A DNA stretch of 26,837 nt, taken from a virus (Duplodnaviria; Caudoviricetes). The stretch is taken from positions 1-26,837 of IMG/VR virus record IMGVR_UViG_3300030397_000879; one strand, written 5' to 3'. Positions 8,340 to 17,883 of the stretch are shown one piece after another. Numbering within the stretch: position 1 is the first letter of the stretch; every line of letters starts with the position of its first letter. A program made the position numbers and the translations under genes. A model generated the notes under the pieces. The model searched no databases, was not told the DNA's origin, and was given only the letters and a program-made list of their open reading frames with translations.

Positions 8340-8677
8340 TGTCTGCCACTTCACTCGCCACTGTCACTGCCTCGACGTTACGACGTCCAGCTCCTTCGGG
8401 TGGGTTGATTGGTGCTCCGGAGAGCAGTATTGCCAGCTTCCTGATTACGCCTTTTCAGAGTGTGAGTGCTGAATTGGCGTTGGAGGCTACGATTCAAGAT
8501 GCCAGTGAGAGCAAGGTGTGTCACGCCTTTACGAGTGGGGGTAGTCTCTACGATGTGAAGGAAGGGGATATTTTAGTGGTGAGTGGCACTGAGTATGACA
8601 TTCAGCATGTGGCTGAGTTTAATCGCGGTGTGGATTCATACAGCCGCATCATTGTTAACGAAAGAAAGGTGAATTGA
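8339..8677 (+). CDS. Putative head closure (stopper) protein
   Basis: DVKEGDILVVSGTEYDIQHV resembles SPP1 gp16 / lambda FII-type proteins; synteny. Confidence 0.65.
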   Translation: MSATSLATVTASTLRRPAPSGGLIGAPESSIASFLITPFQSVSAELALEATIQDASESKVCHAFTSGGSLYDVKEGDILVVSGTEYDIQHVAEFNRGVDSYSRIIVNERKVN

Positions 8678-8679
8678 TT

Positions 8680-8961
8680 ATGGCTGATGCGAGAAGTGGA
8701 CAAATTACGATTGGTGCTAGTGCTGTAGCTGGCCCAATGGCTCCATTAGGCGGTGTGTTTGTCTTGAAACCACACCCTAGTAATGTGGGTACTGTCTATT
8801 TTGGGGACAATGGCACGTTAGCCTTACCCAATACTGGGGTACGCATGAGTAATAAATTGAGTAAAGAACACACAATTACAACTTATCGGTCATTGAATGA
8901 AATCAATTTTCATGGTGACAATGCCGGTGACAAGGTGTGTTGGTTACAAGCGGAGTTGTAA
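8680..8961 (+). CDS. Small beta-sandwich virion protein, paralog 1 of 3
   Basis: Shares RSGQI..AVAGP..HPSN.G.V..GD..F.GD..G.KVCW with the next two ORFs. Confidence 0.75.
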   Translation: MADARSGQITIGASAVAGPMAPLGGVFVLKPHPSNVGTVYFGDNGTLALPNTGVRMSNKLSKEHTITTYRSLNEINFHGDNAGDKVCWLQAEL

Positions 8962-8962
8962 G

Positions 8963-9244
8963 ATGCCTGGCATAAAAACAAATCAGTTTACAGTAACAAC
9001 AGCAGGGACGGCGGTGCAAGGACCAGCAAGTCCATTAGGGCGCACTTTTTACTTATCGGCACATCCCAGTAATACAGGGGCTGTGTGGGTCGGTGATGAT
9101 GGTGCTGGGGCTGTCAGCAATGCCAATGGTTTTCCGCTTCTGGTGGATGCCCGTCCTATTGAGGTTAATGTGCCTCGTTCGTTGGCTGATTTATGGTTTG
9201 ATGCAGATACCAATGGCAATAGTGTTTGTTGGTCTGCGGTTTAG
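8963..9244 (+). CDS. Small beta-sandwich virion protein, paralog 2 of 3
   Basis: SD GGAG, ATG 8963; motifs VTTAGTAV, AHPSNT, VWVG, NGFPL, VPRSLADL.FDADTNG..VCW. Confidence 0.8.
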   Translation: MPGIKTNQFTVTTAGTAVQGPASPLGRTFYLSAHPSNTGAVWVGDDGAGAVSNANGFPLLVDARPIEVNVPRSLADLWFDADTNGNSVCWSAV

Positions 9245-9255
9245 GAGAAAACAAA

Positions 9256-9540
9256 ATGGCAAGTTTACGTAGTGGACAAATTGAAGTAACAACAGCGGGC
9301 ACAGCGGTGGCAGGACCTGCTACCCCGACAGCTCGACGCTTTTTGTTAGCAGCTCATCCTTCAAATACAAACCCTGTTTGGGTGGGTAATGATGGGTCTG
9401 ATGATGTCACTAGTGGCAATGGTTTCCCCTTGGAAGCGGGGGGAGATACGGTGGTGGTGGAAGTGCCTCGTTCATTGGCTGATTTGCGCTTTGATGCGGA
9501 TACCAATGGCGAAAAGGTGTGTTGGCTGGTATTGCTATGA
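9256..9540 (+). CDS. Small beta-sandwich virion protein, paralog 3 of 3
   Basis: SD AGGAG, ATG 9256; same motifs as paralog 2, with visible DNA similarity. Confidence 0.8.
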   Translation: MASLRSGQIEVTTAGTAVAGPATPTARRFLLAAHPSNTNPVWVGNDGSDDVTSGNGFPLEAGGDTVVVEVPRSLADLRFDADTNGEKVCWLVLL

Positions 9541-9908
9541 TTCGGATTGAAGCCCCACAACTGAGTGAGACACAAGCTAAATTAGAGGCTGCCCAACAAG
9601 CGATTGCGCCTGATACGGGTGGGCTGGCTGATATTTTGGCAGTGGGCTTGGCTCAGTTGGAACGCTTTACAGTGGCTAATATTGAGGTGGATACTGGTCG
9701 GACAAAGAATAGTATCTTCCCAAAGTTAGGGCAACAGGGGAACAGTGTGGTGGCTTCGTTGAATACGAATGTGAGTTATGCCCCTTATGTACGCGATGCA
9801 AGCCATAAACAGCCATTCTTTGACTATGCTGCCAAGGTAGAAGGGCCGCGAGTAGCAAAGATGCTGGGCTTGGAAGTGGATATCCGCGTAACAAAGGCGT
9901 TTGAGTAA
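9537..9908 (+). CDS. HK97 gp10-like neck / tail completion protein
   Basis: VDTGRTKNSI, TNVSYAPYV and QPFF motifs; ATGA overlap with the upstream stop. Confidence 0.8.
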   Translation: MIRIEAPQLSETQAKLEAAQQAIAPDTGGLADILAVGLAQLERFTVANIEVDTGRTKNSIFPKLGQQGNSVVASLNTNVSYAPYVRDASHKQPFFDYAAKVEGPRVAKMLGLEVDIRVTKAFE

Positions 9909-10345
9909 TGGCATTAACGAGTATTGAACTGGCTTTGGCTGAGGTTAGTGATTTGTTTGATTCACTGGTGACTGACAGTGATATTGTGGCAAATCTTGAC
10001 CATCCCCCATTGGCCTCTGAATTGGAGGGACGATCTCCGATTGTGTCCACTCATTGGGATGGGGGGCTGTATCAGTTCCAGGGAAATGATTTTACTAATT
10101 TTGATGCCGCTTGGATTGTGACGATTTTTGTTAATCGAGAAGGACATAACAATGCTACGGCAGAAACGAAGTTGGCTCAGGTGGCAACCAAGATTATGCA
10201 GAAGGTGCGTGATAATGTGAATGGCACCAATTACATGCAGTTGGCACCAAGTAATCAGCCGATGAGTGTGTATTTTACGGTGATTAATGGGGTGCCTTAT
10301 CGTATTTGTGAAATTTATTTGGTGAGTCGGACTATAGACAACTAA
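9908..10345 (+). CDS. Putative tail terminator protein
   Basis: 145 aa between the gp10-like gene and the tail tube gene; called mainly from synteny. Confidence 0.6.
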   Translation: MALTSIELALAEVSDLFDSLVTDSDIVANLDHPPLASELEGRSPIVSTHWDGGLYQFQGNDFTNFDAAWIVTIFVNREGHNNATAETKLAQVATKIMQKVRDNVNGTNYMQLAPSNQPMSVYFTVINGVPYRICEIYLVSRTIDN

Positions 10346-10357
10346 GGAGAAATTTAT

Positions 10358-11335
10358 ATGTCTTCAAAAGCATTAACTTATTTTCAGGCGGGGATTGAAT
10401 CAACACGGGGTACAGCTGTGGCAGCGGATCGTAAGATTTATGCGCTGGGTGGCTTGCCGAAAGAGGAAAATAACCTCTTTCATGTTGAACAATCGCGTGC
10501 AAATTGGATTAAGAATCAGGATGCTGTTTCAACGCATCGGGGAATCCCCAGTTGGGGCTTAGAATTGCCGGCAGTGGCGTATGATGCCTTGCCTTGGTGG
10601 TTACACCTTTGTTTGCAAGGTAATGTCAGTGCTTCAGGGGCTGGCCCTTACACTTGGACATTTAATGATGCCACCACTACTGACACCTTGGAATCTGCCA
10701 CATTTGAGGCAGATGATGATGCAGAATCTTGGCAAATCCCTTTCGGGATGGTGAATAGCTGGGAGTTGTCTGGTAAGGGTGGCAGTGGTATGACGCCTGT
10801 GTCAGCGAAGTTTGACTTGATTGCCCAGAAGTTGTCTGGGGGGCATACAATGACGGGTTCTATCTCTGATGTGGATTATGCCGGCAATTATTTAGCATTT
10901 AAGAATGCTGATTTGTATATTGATGATACGGCTGGGGGGATTGGCACCACGAAGATTTCAGCGGCCTTGACTGAGTTCAGTATCAAATGTGCTAATAACT
11001 TGGAGCCCGTGTGGACAGGTGGTAGCCAATATTATTCTCATGTGGAACGGGCTGAGCGTTTCATTGAGTTTATGGCTGTGTTGAAGTTCAATGCGACTAC
11101 GTTGGCTGAGTTCAAAAATAAGTATCAGACAGACACGGCTCGTTATTTGCAACTGGCTATTCCTGGTAGTGGTAATTATGACTTTGATTTCACCATGCAT
11201 ACAGTTATGAAGACCTATGAATTTAAAGATGAAGGGGCTGAACGACGTGTGGCTATTATGGGGGAATCTATTTATGACGCGACACTGGGATACGGTGGTC
11301 AGATTGTGGTAACCAACGATTCTAATAGTCTCTAA
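10358..11335 (+). CDS. Major tail (tube) protein
   Basis: N-terminal G.ES..GT motif, beta-rich, SD AAGGAG, precedes chaperones and tape measure; no sheath gene. Confidence 0.8.
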   Translation: MSSKALTYFQAGIESTRGTAVAADRKIYALGGLPKEENNLFHVEQSRANWIKNQDAVSTHRGIPSWGLELPAVAYDALPWWLHLCLQGNVSASGAGPYTWTFNDATTTDTLESATFEADDDAESWQIPFGMVNSWELSGKGGSGMTPVSAKFDLIAQKLSGGHTMTGSISDVDYAGNYLAFKNADLYIDDTAGGIGTTKISAALTEFSIKCANNLEPVWTGGSQYYSHVERAERFIEFMAVLKFNATTLAEFKNKYQTDTARYLQLAIPGSGNYDFDFTMHTVMKTYEFKDEGAERRVAIMGESIYDATLGYGGQIVVTNDSNSL

Positions 11336-11682
11336 TGATTACGATTCTGGGGTTGGTTCTGACGTTTATTTTGCTTTCTTTGGGCATTCTGACGGCTGGT
11401 TTGTGGCTGGTGTGGCAGGATGTACGAAAGATGCCGATGGCCTTAGAAGGGGCTGTGCAGCGGTTGGTCGTTTTGGCTGAGGAAGAAGCACCCCCACCTT
11501 CAACCCCTGCTTATTTTCACTTGATTACGACAAATCATCCATATGAGACGATTTGTATAGATTGTGGGTTTGAATGGACGGCAATTGTGCCGATTAATGC
11601 CAAAGGTAAAGAGTGTCCACGCTGTTATAAGCTGGATATGGATTATTGTTGGGGAGAAAATTATCCCTCCCCTAGTTTGTAA
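11335..11682 (+). CDS. Membrane-anchored zinc-ribbon protein
   Basis: N-terminal ~27-aa hydrophobic helix; CIDC ... CPRC; TAATG translational coupling. Confidence 0.65.
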   Translation: MITILGLVLTFILLSLGILTAGLWLVWQDVRKMPMALEGAVQRLVVLAEEEAPPPSTPAYFHLITTNHPYETICIDCGFEWTAIVPINAKGKECPRCYKLDMDYCWGENYPSPSL

Positions 11683-11695
11683 AAAGGAGTTGTTA

Positions 11696-12064
11696 ATGAG
11701 TAAGGTAAAAGCTGTACGTAATAAAGATCGTGAAATTCCAAAAGGGTTTGTACGGATTGATTGTCCCCCTGAGTTATTTGATGCTGAGGATGCGTTTGTG
11801 ATGCGTCGAAAACGTGTGCCTGTTTATCGTGTGAATGCCATTAAAAGTGCAACCCAAGATGACCAGCTGTATAAAGATTTGGCTGTTGTTTTCCCTAAAT
11901 GGCAAGGCATTACGGATGTGGAAACAGGGGATGAGTTGCCTAATCCAGAGGATGACCCTACCGTTTTTAGCCGGTTGGATTTGTTTGAGCAGTTGCCTTG
12001 GTTTGGGGATATGTTGCAAGTAAAGCCAACAAACCCAAAAAAATCTACTCGCAACCGGACGTAG
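11696..12064 (+). CDS. Tail assembly chaperone (lambda gpG-like)
   Basis: SD AAGGAG, ATG 11696; ends in ...NPKK over a slippery site. Confidence 0.75.
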   Translation: MSKVKAVRNKDREIPKGFVRIDCPPELFDAEDAFVMRRKRVPVYRVNAIKSATQDDQLYKDLAVVFPKWQGITDVETGDELPNPEDDPTVFSRLDLFEQLPWFGDMLQVKPTNPKKSTRNRT

Positions 12065-12219
12065 AAGGCTTGTGCCTTTTGTTTGGTTGGTTACCCAGTG
12101 AAGCGGAGTGTGAAGATTGGGCAACACTAGCATCCCTACAGGAACGCATCAGCGAAGCCAACAAGGAAAAAGATTTTCAGGCATGGCAAAACGAGGTCAG
12201 GCGCAGTTGGGGCCGGTAG
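12034..12219 (+). CDS. -1 frameshift extension of the chaperone (gpGT-like)
   Basis: C CCA AAA (12034-40) and A AAA AAA (12037-43) are in X XXY YYZ phase; the -1 frame is open to 12219 and contains FGWLPSE. Confidence 0.75.
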   Translation, partial: PKKIYSQPDVEGLCLLFGWLPSEAECEDWATLASLQERISEANKEKDFQAWQNEVRRSWGR

Positions 12220-12317
12220 AGGTTAAACGGTTTTTACTGGTGGTGCGTCGTGCTTTGTTGATGGTGGTGCGTGAAATTGAAAAAATGTATCCAGATGATT
12301 TTGTAAATTCTTCTTAA
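12183..12317 (+). CDS. Small amphipathic basic protein (start uncertain)
   Basis: KRFLLVVRRALLMVVREIEKMY helix; fills the gap before the tape measure leader. Confidence 0.5.
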   Translation: MAKRGQAQLGPVEVKRFLLVVRRALLMVVREIEKMYPDDFVNSS

Positions 12318-12349
12318 GTAATAACTGAAGCCCGCATAGGCGACTATTC

Positions 12350-12397
12350 CGGCTCTAATTCCCCAGTTTTGGGTGAATTAGAGCCGTTTTTGTTTTT
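12350..12397 (+). promoter_or_regulatory. Strong hairpin + U-tract directly before the tape measure start
   Basis: CGGCTCTAATTC(12350-61)/GAATTAGAGCCG(12375-86), inner CCCA/TGGG, then TTTTTGTTTTT-ATG. Confidence 0.65.
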
Positions 12398-14716
12398 ATG
12401 ACCGCTAGAAGTACAGTATCCCTCGTATTAAGTGGTGAAGACCAAAGTGCAAGCAGTGTCTTGTCTTCAGTTGCCGGCAGTGTCGGTGGCGTAGGCACAG
12501 CGTTGGCTGGGTTGGCTGTGGGTGGGGCAGCTCTGGCTGCCGGGGCCATGGTGACGGTGGGTGTTTCGGCTTTTAATATGAGCCAAGACATTCACCAGGC
12601 GACGAATGATATTCAAACGCAGTTGGGCTTGACCCGTGATGCTGCCACTGAGCTGTCGGATGTGGCGGTGGATGTCTTTTCCAATGGTTTTGGGAACAGC
12701 ATGGGTGAGGCCGCTGATGCGGTGGTGGCTGTGCGACAGAATATTGATCGCTTTGGGGAGTTGTCTTCGCAGGAGCTGCAACAAGCCACTGAAACGGCGT
12801 TTGGGTTGCGAGATGCCTTTGATATTGATGTGGGGGAAAGTGCCAATGCCGCCGCTGCCTTGATGCAAAACTTTGGCTTGACGTCTGATGAGGCGTTTGG
12901 CTTTGTCACGGCTGGTTTGCAAGCGGGCTTGAATAACAGTGGGGATTTCCTTGATACGATTGGTGAGTATAGTGTCCAGTTTGCCGATGGGGGAGCAACA
13001 GCGGCTGAGTTCTTCAGTGTAATGGATACGGGCTTGCAGTCGGGGATGTTGGGCGTAGACAAAGCGGGCGATATTTTCAAAGAGTTCAGATTGCGTATCC
13101 AAGATGGTAGTGATAGCACATCTAATGCGTTGGCTGCCATTGGCTTGTCTGTTGATGACATTATGGCGGGGCTGGATGATGGCTCTTTGACTGTCATGGA
13201 TGCCTTTAATATGGTGTCCAGTGGCATTCGTATGGCTGACAGTGACACGACGGCCTTTAATGCGGGTGTGGCCTTGATGGGTAGTCAGTTTGAGGACTTG
13301 GGGCAAAGTGCGGTGGCTGCCATTGATCCGCTGGCTTTGACCATGGAGGATATTAGTCAGAGCACTGGGGATTTGAATGTTCAGTATGATAACTTGGGGG
13401 GTGCTCTTGAGGTCATGAAGCGGAAGGCGTTGGTGGCGTTGACGCCTTTGTCTGATGTGGCTTTGAATCTGATTAATGATAATTTGCCGGCATTGAATGC
13501 AGCTTTTGATATTTTTGAAGGGAAGCTGAGCACAATCGCTACACTGTTGGGGGATGGTGACTTTAGCGGAGCCATGACGGAATTGTTTGGGGCGGAAGCT
13601 GGGGCCGCTATTACCAGCTTTGCGGAGACGATTGGTGGTTTTGTTAATGGTACCCTGATTCCTTTCGTGCAAACTCATAGTGAAGAGTTTAAGGGCGCGA
13701 TTACGGCTATTGGGGTGGTGTTGGCTGGTGCCGGCATTATTGGTGGTGTGGTGGCTGTGGGTGCTGCCATTGCCGCTTTAGCCAATCCTATTACGTTGAT
13801 TGTAGCTGGTGTGGCTGTGTTAGGGGCGGCATGGGCTGGTAATTGGGGTGGTATTCAGGAGAAGACACAAACAGCGGTTGAGTTTGTACGTACGACGATT
13901 GACGCAGGGGTGACTGTGGTCAATGAGCTGTGGCAAACGCATGGCGACCGTATCACAGAGATTGCGAATACAGCGTGGGAAACGATTCAGGGTGCAATTG
14001 AAAGTGGCACTGAGGCAATCAATTCTGTGTTGACTGCTTTTAAAGCAGCGGCTGAAGGGGATTGGTTTGCTTTTGGTGAGAATTTGCGGGAAGGAGCTGA
14101 CAGTGCTTGGGAAGCGATTACAGGGGTCTTTACGGCTGCCAAGGGTGCGGTGGTGGCTGTGGTTGGTGATATTGTTTCTGGTATCTCTGAACGTTGGAAT
14201 ATCAACAATTGGGGGGATTTGGGCAATGCGGTCGTCAATGGCATCAAAGGTGGTATTTCGGCTGGTCGAGATGCTGTGATTGGTGTAGTAATGGATATTG
14301 CAAGGGGAGCTGTTGATGCCATCAAGGGCTTTTTTGGTATTTCGTCGCCTTCGCGGTTGATGCGGGATATGTTCCGAGACGATATTATGGGGGCGGGTGT
14401 TTTGGGCATGAAGGAGAAGTTGCCTGAGATGATCCGCACAACAGAGGATATTATGGGGCAAGTGGGGGATACGGTGCAGACAGGTGTCCGACCACTTGAC
14501 GCTTTGATTGCTCGACGGTTGGGGACTGGTGATAGTGGGTTTCGTGCACCTCCTTTTCCTACTAGTCAGTCTCCAACCTTTGGTCAATCAGGACGGGGGG
14601 ATGCCCCTATTCATATTGAAAAGATTGAAATTAATGACAGACAAGCGATGTTGCTTTTGTTGGACTTTATTCAACGGAAGGGTAGCTTGGATGCTTTGCA
14701 GGGGTTTGTGACATGA
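12398..14716 (+). CDS. Tail tape measure protein
   Basis: 772 aa, Ala/Gly-rich; DFLDTIGEYSVQF ... DKAGDIFKEF core; periodic Trp residues; FGISSPSRLM motif. Confidence 0.93.
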   Translation: MTARSTVSLVLSGEDQSASSVLSSVAGSVGGVGTALAGLAVGGAALAAGAMVTVGVSAFNMSQDIHQATNDIQTQLGLTRDAATELSDVAVDVFSNGFGNSMGEAADAVVAVRQNIDRFGELSSQELQQATETAFGLRDAFDIDVGESANAAAALMQNFGLTSDEAFGFVTAGLQAGLNNSGDFLDTIGEYSVQFADGGATAAEFFSVMDTGLQSGMLGVDKAGDIFKEFRLRIQDGSDSTSNALAAIGLSVDDIMAGLDDGSLTVMDAFNMVSSGIRMADSDTTAFNAGVALMGSQFEDLGQSAVAAIDPLALTMEDISQSTGDLNVQYDNLGGALEVMKRKALVALTPLSDVALNLINDNLPALNAAFDIFEGKLSTIATLLGDGDFSGAMTELFGAEAGAAITSFAETIGGFVNGTLIPFVQTHSEEFKGAITAIGVVLAGAGIIGGVVAVGAAIAALANPITLIVAGVAVLGAAWAGNWGGIQEKTQTAVEFVRTTIDAGVTVVNELWQTHGDRITEIANTAWETIQGAIESGTEAINSVLTAFKAAAEGDWFAFGENLREGADSAWEAITGVFTAAKGAVVAVVGDIVSGISERWNINNWGDLGNAVVNGIKGGISAGRDAVIGVVMDIARGAVDAIKGFFGISSPSRLMRDMFRDDIMGAGVLGMKEKLPEMIRTTEDIMGQVGDTVQTGVRPLDALIARRLGTGDSGFRAPPFPTSQSPTFGQSGRGDAPIHIEKIEINDRQAMLLLLDFIQRKGSLDALQGFVT

Positions 14717-16131
14717 CGACAACACCACCAGTCAATGCTTATATTCCTCCGATGTTTTGGTATTTGTTGGCCTCGTTTGAGGTGTTACGCATTACGGATG
14801 GTACGGATACGATTGATTTACTGGACCCTGATGGCTTGATTTTGGCAAGAGAGGGGTATGGTCCCATACCGGCGTTTGAGGATGACAATGGGGATTGGCC
14901 TGATGTTGAGGAAACAATTCGTTGTCATTGGATGAAGACGACTGAGGATAATCGCGCTAGTGATTGGCAGAAGTTGAATCGGTTGGCACGAAAGGCACGA
15001 TTGTATAAGCGGGAGAAGGGACTGCGCTTGGGTCAGTTTGTGTGGCTGGAGGCTAGTCGCTACCATGAAACGAAGACACGATATGCTTTGATTCGGAATA
15101 TTGTGGTACCTGGTTTGAGTCCGAAGCATTGGGGACAGGCTCAGCCAGTGCCCGTGACGTTGGTGATTACACGGGAAGGGCCTTGGCGGGGGGTTAGTCC
15201 TGATGCGATACCCACAACGGCTGTGAATGCGGAGACGATTGAGCAGTTTACGGATTCTAATAGCAAGACGAATTATGTGGATATTGATGCGGCTGATGTG
15301 CCTGGTGATGTGCCGGCGTTGTGTGAGATTACGGTGGACACATCGAGTTTGAGTAAACGGGCTGATAATTTATTGGTTGTGGCTAGAACAATGGACACAA
15401 CGACGCGCACAAACTTCAACCCTTTCTTTAATGCGGGGGATGAGTTGGACAATACGGGGTCCCACGCGGCCTCGACTGATTGGCCTGATGATGAGTGGAT
15501 TCATTTGTCGGGTGCCGGCAGTACGACATTGCGCTGGTCTGTGAGCTTAAGTGTCTTTCAGTATTATTTTGGCACGTACAATGTCTATTGTGCGTGTGAG
15601 GCCAGTGCTGACGGGGCGGTGCAGATTCGTTTTTCTGATGGGGTGCAGACGGGGGATTATGTGGATGTGCCTGATGTAACTGCCTCTTATGATGCCAAGT
15701 TACTGTATCTAGGGCGTTTTACGTTGCCCTGGGGAAATCATATGCCGGCGTCGTTGGGCTTGGCTGCCAATCAAGATATTAAGATTGATGTGACAATTAC
15801 GGGGGCTGAGGACTTTTATTTGGGGTATGTGTATTTGGCACGGGTGGACCAGCCTTTTTACCTGAAGGCGGCGGATACACCTGTGTTGATTGATGGCAGT
15901 GAGGAACGGGCTTACAGTGTGGACAGTAGCGGAAATTTGACTAGTGGTGTGCCGGTACGGGTGCGAGGTCGGTATATTACATTGCCTCCCAATGAGCCGA
16001 CGCGTTTGTGGTTTTTTGTGACACGGGATGATGCCACTGAGGGAGATGATGTGATTGAGGACTTTTCTCGCACGATGGATGTGACTGTGAAGGTTATCCC
16101 ACGCTTTACCAGTATTCGGGGGACTGTGTGA
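14713..16131 (+). CDS. Distal tail (Dit)-like protein, probably with an inserted beta domain
   Basis: Directly after the tape measure gene; GDVPA motif; 472 aa, long for a minimal Dit. Confidence 0.65.
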   Translation: MTTTPPVNAYIPPMFWYLLASFEVLRITDGTDTIDLLDPDGLILAREGYGPIPAFEDDNGDWPDVEETIRCHWMKTTEDNRASDWQKLNRLARKARLYKREKGLRLGQFVWLEASRYHETKTRYALIRNIVVPGLSPKHWGQAQPVPVTLVITREGPWRGVSPDAIPTTAVNAETIEQFTDSNSKTNYVDIDAADVPGDVPALCEITVDTSSLSKRADNLLVVARTMDTTTRTNFNPFFNAGDELDNTGSHAASTDWPDDEWIHLSGAGSTTLRWSVSLSVFQYYFGTYNVYCACEASADGAVQIRFSDGVQTGDYVDVPDVTASYDAKLLYLGRFTLPWGNHMPASLGLAANQDIKIDVTITGAEDFYLGYVYLARVDQPFYLKAADTPVLIDGSEERAYSVDSSGNLTSGVPVRVRGRYITLPPNEPTRLWFFVTRDDATEGDDVIEDFSRTMDVTVKVIPRFTSIRGTV

Positions 16132-17261
16132 TAGGTAAACCCTCTTTGCACTTGTTACAGCCGCTGTTGGTGGGGAGTAATCCCCTGGTGGATGATGATG
16201 TCTTGGAGAAGGCGTTGGCTACCTATCGCCGTACGTCGTTGGCGATGGGGGGCGATTTTCGCGCTCAGTTTAATGTACGGGCTTCGGATTTCTTGTTGGA
16301 GACGTGGTTTAATGGCTGGTTGATGGGGCATTTTGAGGAGTGGACGGATAACAATGAGTCCTTTGTTGGCTATGTGCATAGCCTGAATTTGTCTTACAAC
16401 AATTTGGTGTTGAGTCGGACGGTGGATGATATTTATAACCAAGTATATGTCCGTTATAAGACGTCTTCGAGTGGCAGTGATACGACGGCCACAGCAGCCA
16501 ATGATACAGATAGCCAGGCTATTTATGGCACACGCACGTTGTTTCAGGAGGCTCCTGTGTATATGAATGCGATTAGTGCTGGGTTGTATCGGAATAAGCT
16601 GTTGGCTGACTTTAAGTTGCCACGGGTGACGACGGAACGATTGAGCAATAGTCAGTCGGGCATGGGGGTGTTGAATGTGGAGTTGCGGGGGTATATCCAG
16701 ACGTTGGATGCGAAGTTGCATAATTCGTCTTCGACAGCGACAGATGATGCCTCTGATGAGATCAGAGATGCGATTAGCGGGGCTGATTTTGTGACGAGTG
16801 GCACGATTGACACCAATACGTTGGCTGTGGTGGAGGAAGCTGATTATGAGCGGGTATGGCCTCGTATTCGGGATATTACGACGCTGGGGGATGCTTCGAG
16901 TAATCGCTGGTTGTTGGGCTGTTATCAGGGGCGGACGTTGAATTATCAACAGGCGGATATTTCGAGTATTGCCTATTATGTGTATTTGAAGGGGCGGGAG
17001 GGGGTACGGATTACGGACAGCAATGGGGCTGAGGTGCCGGCATCGTTGGTGCAGCCTGGTCAAATTGCGTTTGTGGCTGATGTGATGCCGGCAGTGCCAC
17101 AAGCGAGTACGTTGTTGGATGATCCGCGAGCTATTTTTATTGAGGCGTTGGAGTTCCAGTTGGGTCAGGTGTCGCTTCAAGGCACGACGCAACGGGATAG
17201 TGTGAATACGATTTTAGAGATTGCATTGAATGATGCATTAGGAGATGTAAGTAATGGCTGA
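16128..17261 (+). CDS. Baseplate hub / tail tip protein
   Basis: YNQVYVRY ... D.DSQAIYG motif typical of tail hub proteins; synteny. Confidence 0.7.
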   Translation: MIGKPSLHLLQPLLVGSNPLVDDDVLEKALATYRRTSLAMGGDFRAQFNVRASDFLLETWFNGWLMGHFEEWTDNNESFVGYVHSLNLSYNNLVLSRTVDDIYNQVYVRYKTSSSGSDTTATAANDTDSQAIYGTRTLFQEAPVYMNAISAGLYRNKLLADFKLPRVTTERLSNSQSGMGVLNVELRGYIQTLDAKLHNSSSTATDDASDEIRDAISGADFVTSGTIDTNTLAVVEEADYERVWPRIRDITTLGDASSNRWLLGCYQGRTLNYQQADISSIAYYVYLKGREGVRITDSNGAEVPASLVQPGQIAFVADVMPAVPQASTLLDDPRAIFIEALEFQLGQVSLQGTTQRDSVNTILEIALNDALGDVSNG

Positions 17262-17847
17262 TGATTTTACACCTAGTAGTGATGCCGGCAGCACATATGG
17301 GGCTGATGAGATTAGTAGTGTTAAGTATCCACGAATCAAGCTGATTCATGGGGCTGATGGTACGAATGATGGTGATGTCAGTACGGCAAATCCGTTACCT
17401 GTGGAAAAGGTGCCTGATGTGGTAACTGATAGTAATAGTGTGTCGCCTACGGGAACAGGGGCGGAGACGATTTTGTCTAGTTTGCAGTCTCGTTTGAGTT
17501 TGACACCTGAACAGATGGCACGGTATGAGTGGATGATTACTTTGTATAGTACGCTTGACCAGGCAGCGGATGTGAATGTGTGGGGGGGACATGAGGCGGC
17601 TGACAATGCCAGTGGTACGGTGTTCACAGCGAACAATGCCATTTATAGTGAGAGTGGTATTGTGGCGGCTAGCACGGGGCGTTTGACGTTGTATCCAGAG
17701 TCGAATGGTACAGGGGCAGCCAGTAAAGTGAAGGCGGTAAGTGCTTTGAAGGGACCTTTGGCTGATATGCGGATTACGGTACAAAACAGTAGTCCTGGCT
17801 TCAGTAGTGGCACGATTTATTATGACATTATTGGTCGAGCACGATAG
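17254..17847 (+). CDS. Putative tail-associated / receptor-binding protein
   Basis: N-terminal KL..GADG...DVSTANPLPV segment followed by a beta-rich domain; last gene of the tail block. Confidence 0.5.
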   Translation: MADDFTPSSDAGSTYGADEISSVKYPRIKLIHGADGTNDGDVSTANPLPVEKVPDVVTDSNSVSPTGTGAETILSSLQSRLSLTPEQMARYEWMITLYSTLDQAADVNVWGGHEAADNASGTVFTANNAIYSESGIVAASTGRLTLYPESNGTGAASKVKAVSALKGPLADMRITVQNSSPGFSSGTIYYDIIGRAR

Positions 17848-17883
17848 TTTTTCTGAGAGGAGATTGGTTGTACTTTTTTATTT

